In this document: one piece after another, positions 30,795 to 32,000 of the stretch | Layout: the number at the start of each line of letters is the position of its first letter | Numbering within the stretch: position 1 is the stretch's first letter | Source of the DNA: Deinococcus radiodurans R1 = ATCC 13939 = DSM 20539 | GTDB lineage: Bacteria; Deinococcota; Deinococci; Deinococcales; Deinococcaceae | Direction: 5' to 3' | NCBI RefSeq assembly: GCF_000008565.1 | Contig: NC_001263.1 | Span: forward strand, 855,776-887,775 | Length of the DNA stretch: 32,000 nt | Position numbers and translations under genes: made by a program | Notes under the pieces: model-generated | Seen by the model: only the letters and a program-made list of their open reading frames with translations | What the model was told of the DNA's origin: nothing | Databases searched by the model: none

Positions 30795-31526
30795 TCAGCG
30801 CAGCGGAGCTGTCTTCCACTCCGTCGGCTCCTGCTGGGGCGTAAAGGCTTTGCTGACTCCCTGGGCAGAGATACGGCGAAAGGGGTCCACGCCGTCACAG
30901 CGACCGCTCAGGCTCTGCTTGGTAAAAGTCGGTCTGGCTCCCGGCAGGACACGGATGACCTGGCTTGTCCAGCCGGCGGTGCCCATGTTGCCGCAGTCGT
31001 TGTAGTTCACCTTCTCGAGCATCAGAAAACGTCTGCTGGGACGCAGTTCTGCCACCGCCAGATAATCGTAGGCGGTGCCTTGACCTTCCAGGTGGCGCAG
31101 CAAGCCCAGTTCGGAAGAGCCGTTCCGGTTGATGTCCTTGAGGCTGTACAGCTCGGTGAAGTGGTCCTTGAAGACGTAGTGAGCCACCACCTGCTGGCCC
31201 TGCATGATGACCAGACCCTGGCGGCTGACATTGGGAATTTCAAAGCAGGACGTGTACAGATACGCTGTTTGCCGGGTGTTGGGCGCCGTGAACGCTCCGG
31301 CAGCCGCGCCGTTGATGTTGAGGTCCTGGTCAACACAAGAAGCGTCGCGGCCCCAGAGCTGAGCTTGGTCGGCTCGACGTGCCAGCGCGCGAATCTGCTG
31401 CCACACCTTTTCCTGAAGCTGTGGCGCTGGCGTGGGAACACGCACGTCGTACAGCACGCGGGACTGAGCGGCAGCGACGCCGGGCAGACTCAAGAGCAGG
31501 GCGCAGGTCCAAGTCATGAATTTCAT
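30795..31526 (-). CDS. Secreted hypothetical protein (243 aa), lower-GC gene
   Basis: Signal peptide MKFMTWTCALLLSLPGVAAAQ. Four further Cys residues. One DxNxNGxxE (FG-GAP/Ca-binding-like) motif, DINRNGSSE. Hand counts of three 60-nt lines give about 52-60% GC against about 75% in a metY line. Confidence 0.7.
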   Translation of the reverse strand: MKFMTWTCALLLSLPGVAAAQSRVLYDVRVPTPAPQLQEKVWQQIRALARRADQAQLWGRDASCVDQDLNINGAAAGAFTAPNTRQTAYLYTSCFEIPNVSRQGLVIMQGQQVVAHYVFKDHFTELYSLKDINRNGSSELGLLRHLEGQGTAYDYLAVAELRPSRRFLMLEKVNYNDCGNMGTAGWTSQVIRVLPGARPTFTKQSLSGRCDGVDPFRRISAQGVSKAFTPQQEPTEWKTAPLR

Positions 31527-31532
31527 GGGCGG

Positions 31533-31538
31533 AGCGTA
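31533..31538 (-). promoter_or_regulatory. -10 box TACGCT, 6 nt upstream of ATG 31526
   Basis: Minus-strand TAnnnT hexamer adjacent to the start codon, with no SD. Confidence 0.45.
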
Positions 31539-31677
31539 CTGGCCGAAGTCTTGAAGGCATCTGACAAAAAGTTTTTGAGGTACGCGGTTTCCTTCTTAAC
31601 CCCGTGTCCTGGCGCACGCCGCCCCGGTGCCAAAACGTCACGAAAGTTGCTGCTCCATTGCCGAGGCTGAAGGCCAG

Positions 31678-32000
31678 CTAGACGGGCGCCCCAACAGGCT
31701 CAGGCAGCGGCGGCAACGTCCGTCCTTCGACCCACACCCGCAGCGTCTGTTCGGCCTCCGCCCCCAATTGTGTTTTCACCAATGTCAGCAGTGCCGTCGT
31801 CGAAACTGGGCGGCCTGTAAAGGTCTTCACGTAGCTGTGCAGGAATTGCCCGAACGCCGCGTCGCCCACCTTCAGCCGCAGGGCGTGCAGGGCCAGTGCG
31901 CCGCGAAAATAGGCGCTGGCATCGAAGATTTCTTCTTCACGGGTGGCGCGCAGCGGGCGGCTGGGCAGGACCGACAGCCGCGCGTACCAGTCGGCGGCCA
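31678..32000 (-). CDS. C-terminal fragment of an M1-family metallopeptidase (aminopeptidase N-like); gene continues beyond the window end
   Basis: The frame stays open to the window edge: ...DWYARLSVLPSRPLRATREEEIFDASAYFRGALALHALRLKVGDAAFGQFLHSYVKTF...RVWVEG. The Y-x-K/R-G-A-x-x-L-H-x-L-R-x-x-V-G-D-x-x-F motif is typical of M1 peptidases. The track lists only the last 63 aa. Confidence 0.7.
   Translation of the reverse strand, partial: AADWYARLSVLPSRPLRATREEEIFDASAYFRGALALHALRLKVGDAAFGQFLHSYVKTFTGRPVSTTALLTLVKTQLGAEAEQTLRVWVEGRTLPPLPEPVGAPV

Overview
High-GC (roughly 65-70% by eye) bacterial chromosomal segment. The gene content points to Deinococcus, probably D. radiodurans-like: crtB-crtI carotenoid genes, a tmRNA with tag GNQNYALAA, a Thermus/Deinococcus-type MglA-MglB pair, a 1322-bp IS4-type insertion sequence, small palindromic intergenic repeats, and many apparently leaderless genes. 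This organism call is from memory, not a search. I can support about 30 protein genes, which are mostly housekeeping:
- YyaL-type thioredoxin-domain protein
- a minus-strand gene train: rpiA, bcp, PaaI thioesterase, LysM-M23 peptidase, two unknown ORFs, UbiA prenyltransferase
- mglA, mglB
- a secreted AMIN-like/phosphodiester-glycosidase protein
- DEDDh exonuclease
- CPBP protease
- rraA and a histidine kinase
- crtI, crtB
- two low-complexity membrane proteins
- a Fur-family regulator
- a purH-folD-glycosyltransferase operon
- metY-metX
- two secreted proteins of unknown function
- partial genes at both window edges
RNA genes are tmRNA, tRNA-Leu(UAA) and tRNA-Ile(GAU). Two riboswitches can be read directly from the sequence: a ZTP/pfl aptamer upstream of purH and a SAM-I aptamer upstream of metY. 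One intact IS sits with perfect 19-bp inverted repeats and a 6-bp target duplication, 11 bp upstream of a start codon. Two genes carry single-base frameshifts in homopolymer runs, which are either real or sequencing errors. I see no CRISPR array, no rRNA and no recognisable defence or toxin-antitoxin island.
The most interesting unexplained items are:
- the MglAB GTPase module divergently paired with the AMIN-like/glycosidase envelope protein
- a 189-bp hairpin-rich element flanked by 11-bp direct repeats exactly 200 bp apart, overlapping the crtI stop codon
- recurring TTCC(C)TG pyrimidine tracts in three leaders or intercistronic spacers
- a pseudo-receiver histidine kinase downstream of rraA
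- a low-GC patch next to tRNA-Ile
None of these amounts to a demonstrably new system. All family assignments come from motif recognition by eye and need HMM or covariance-model confirmation.
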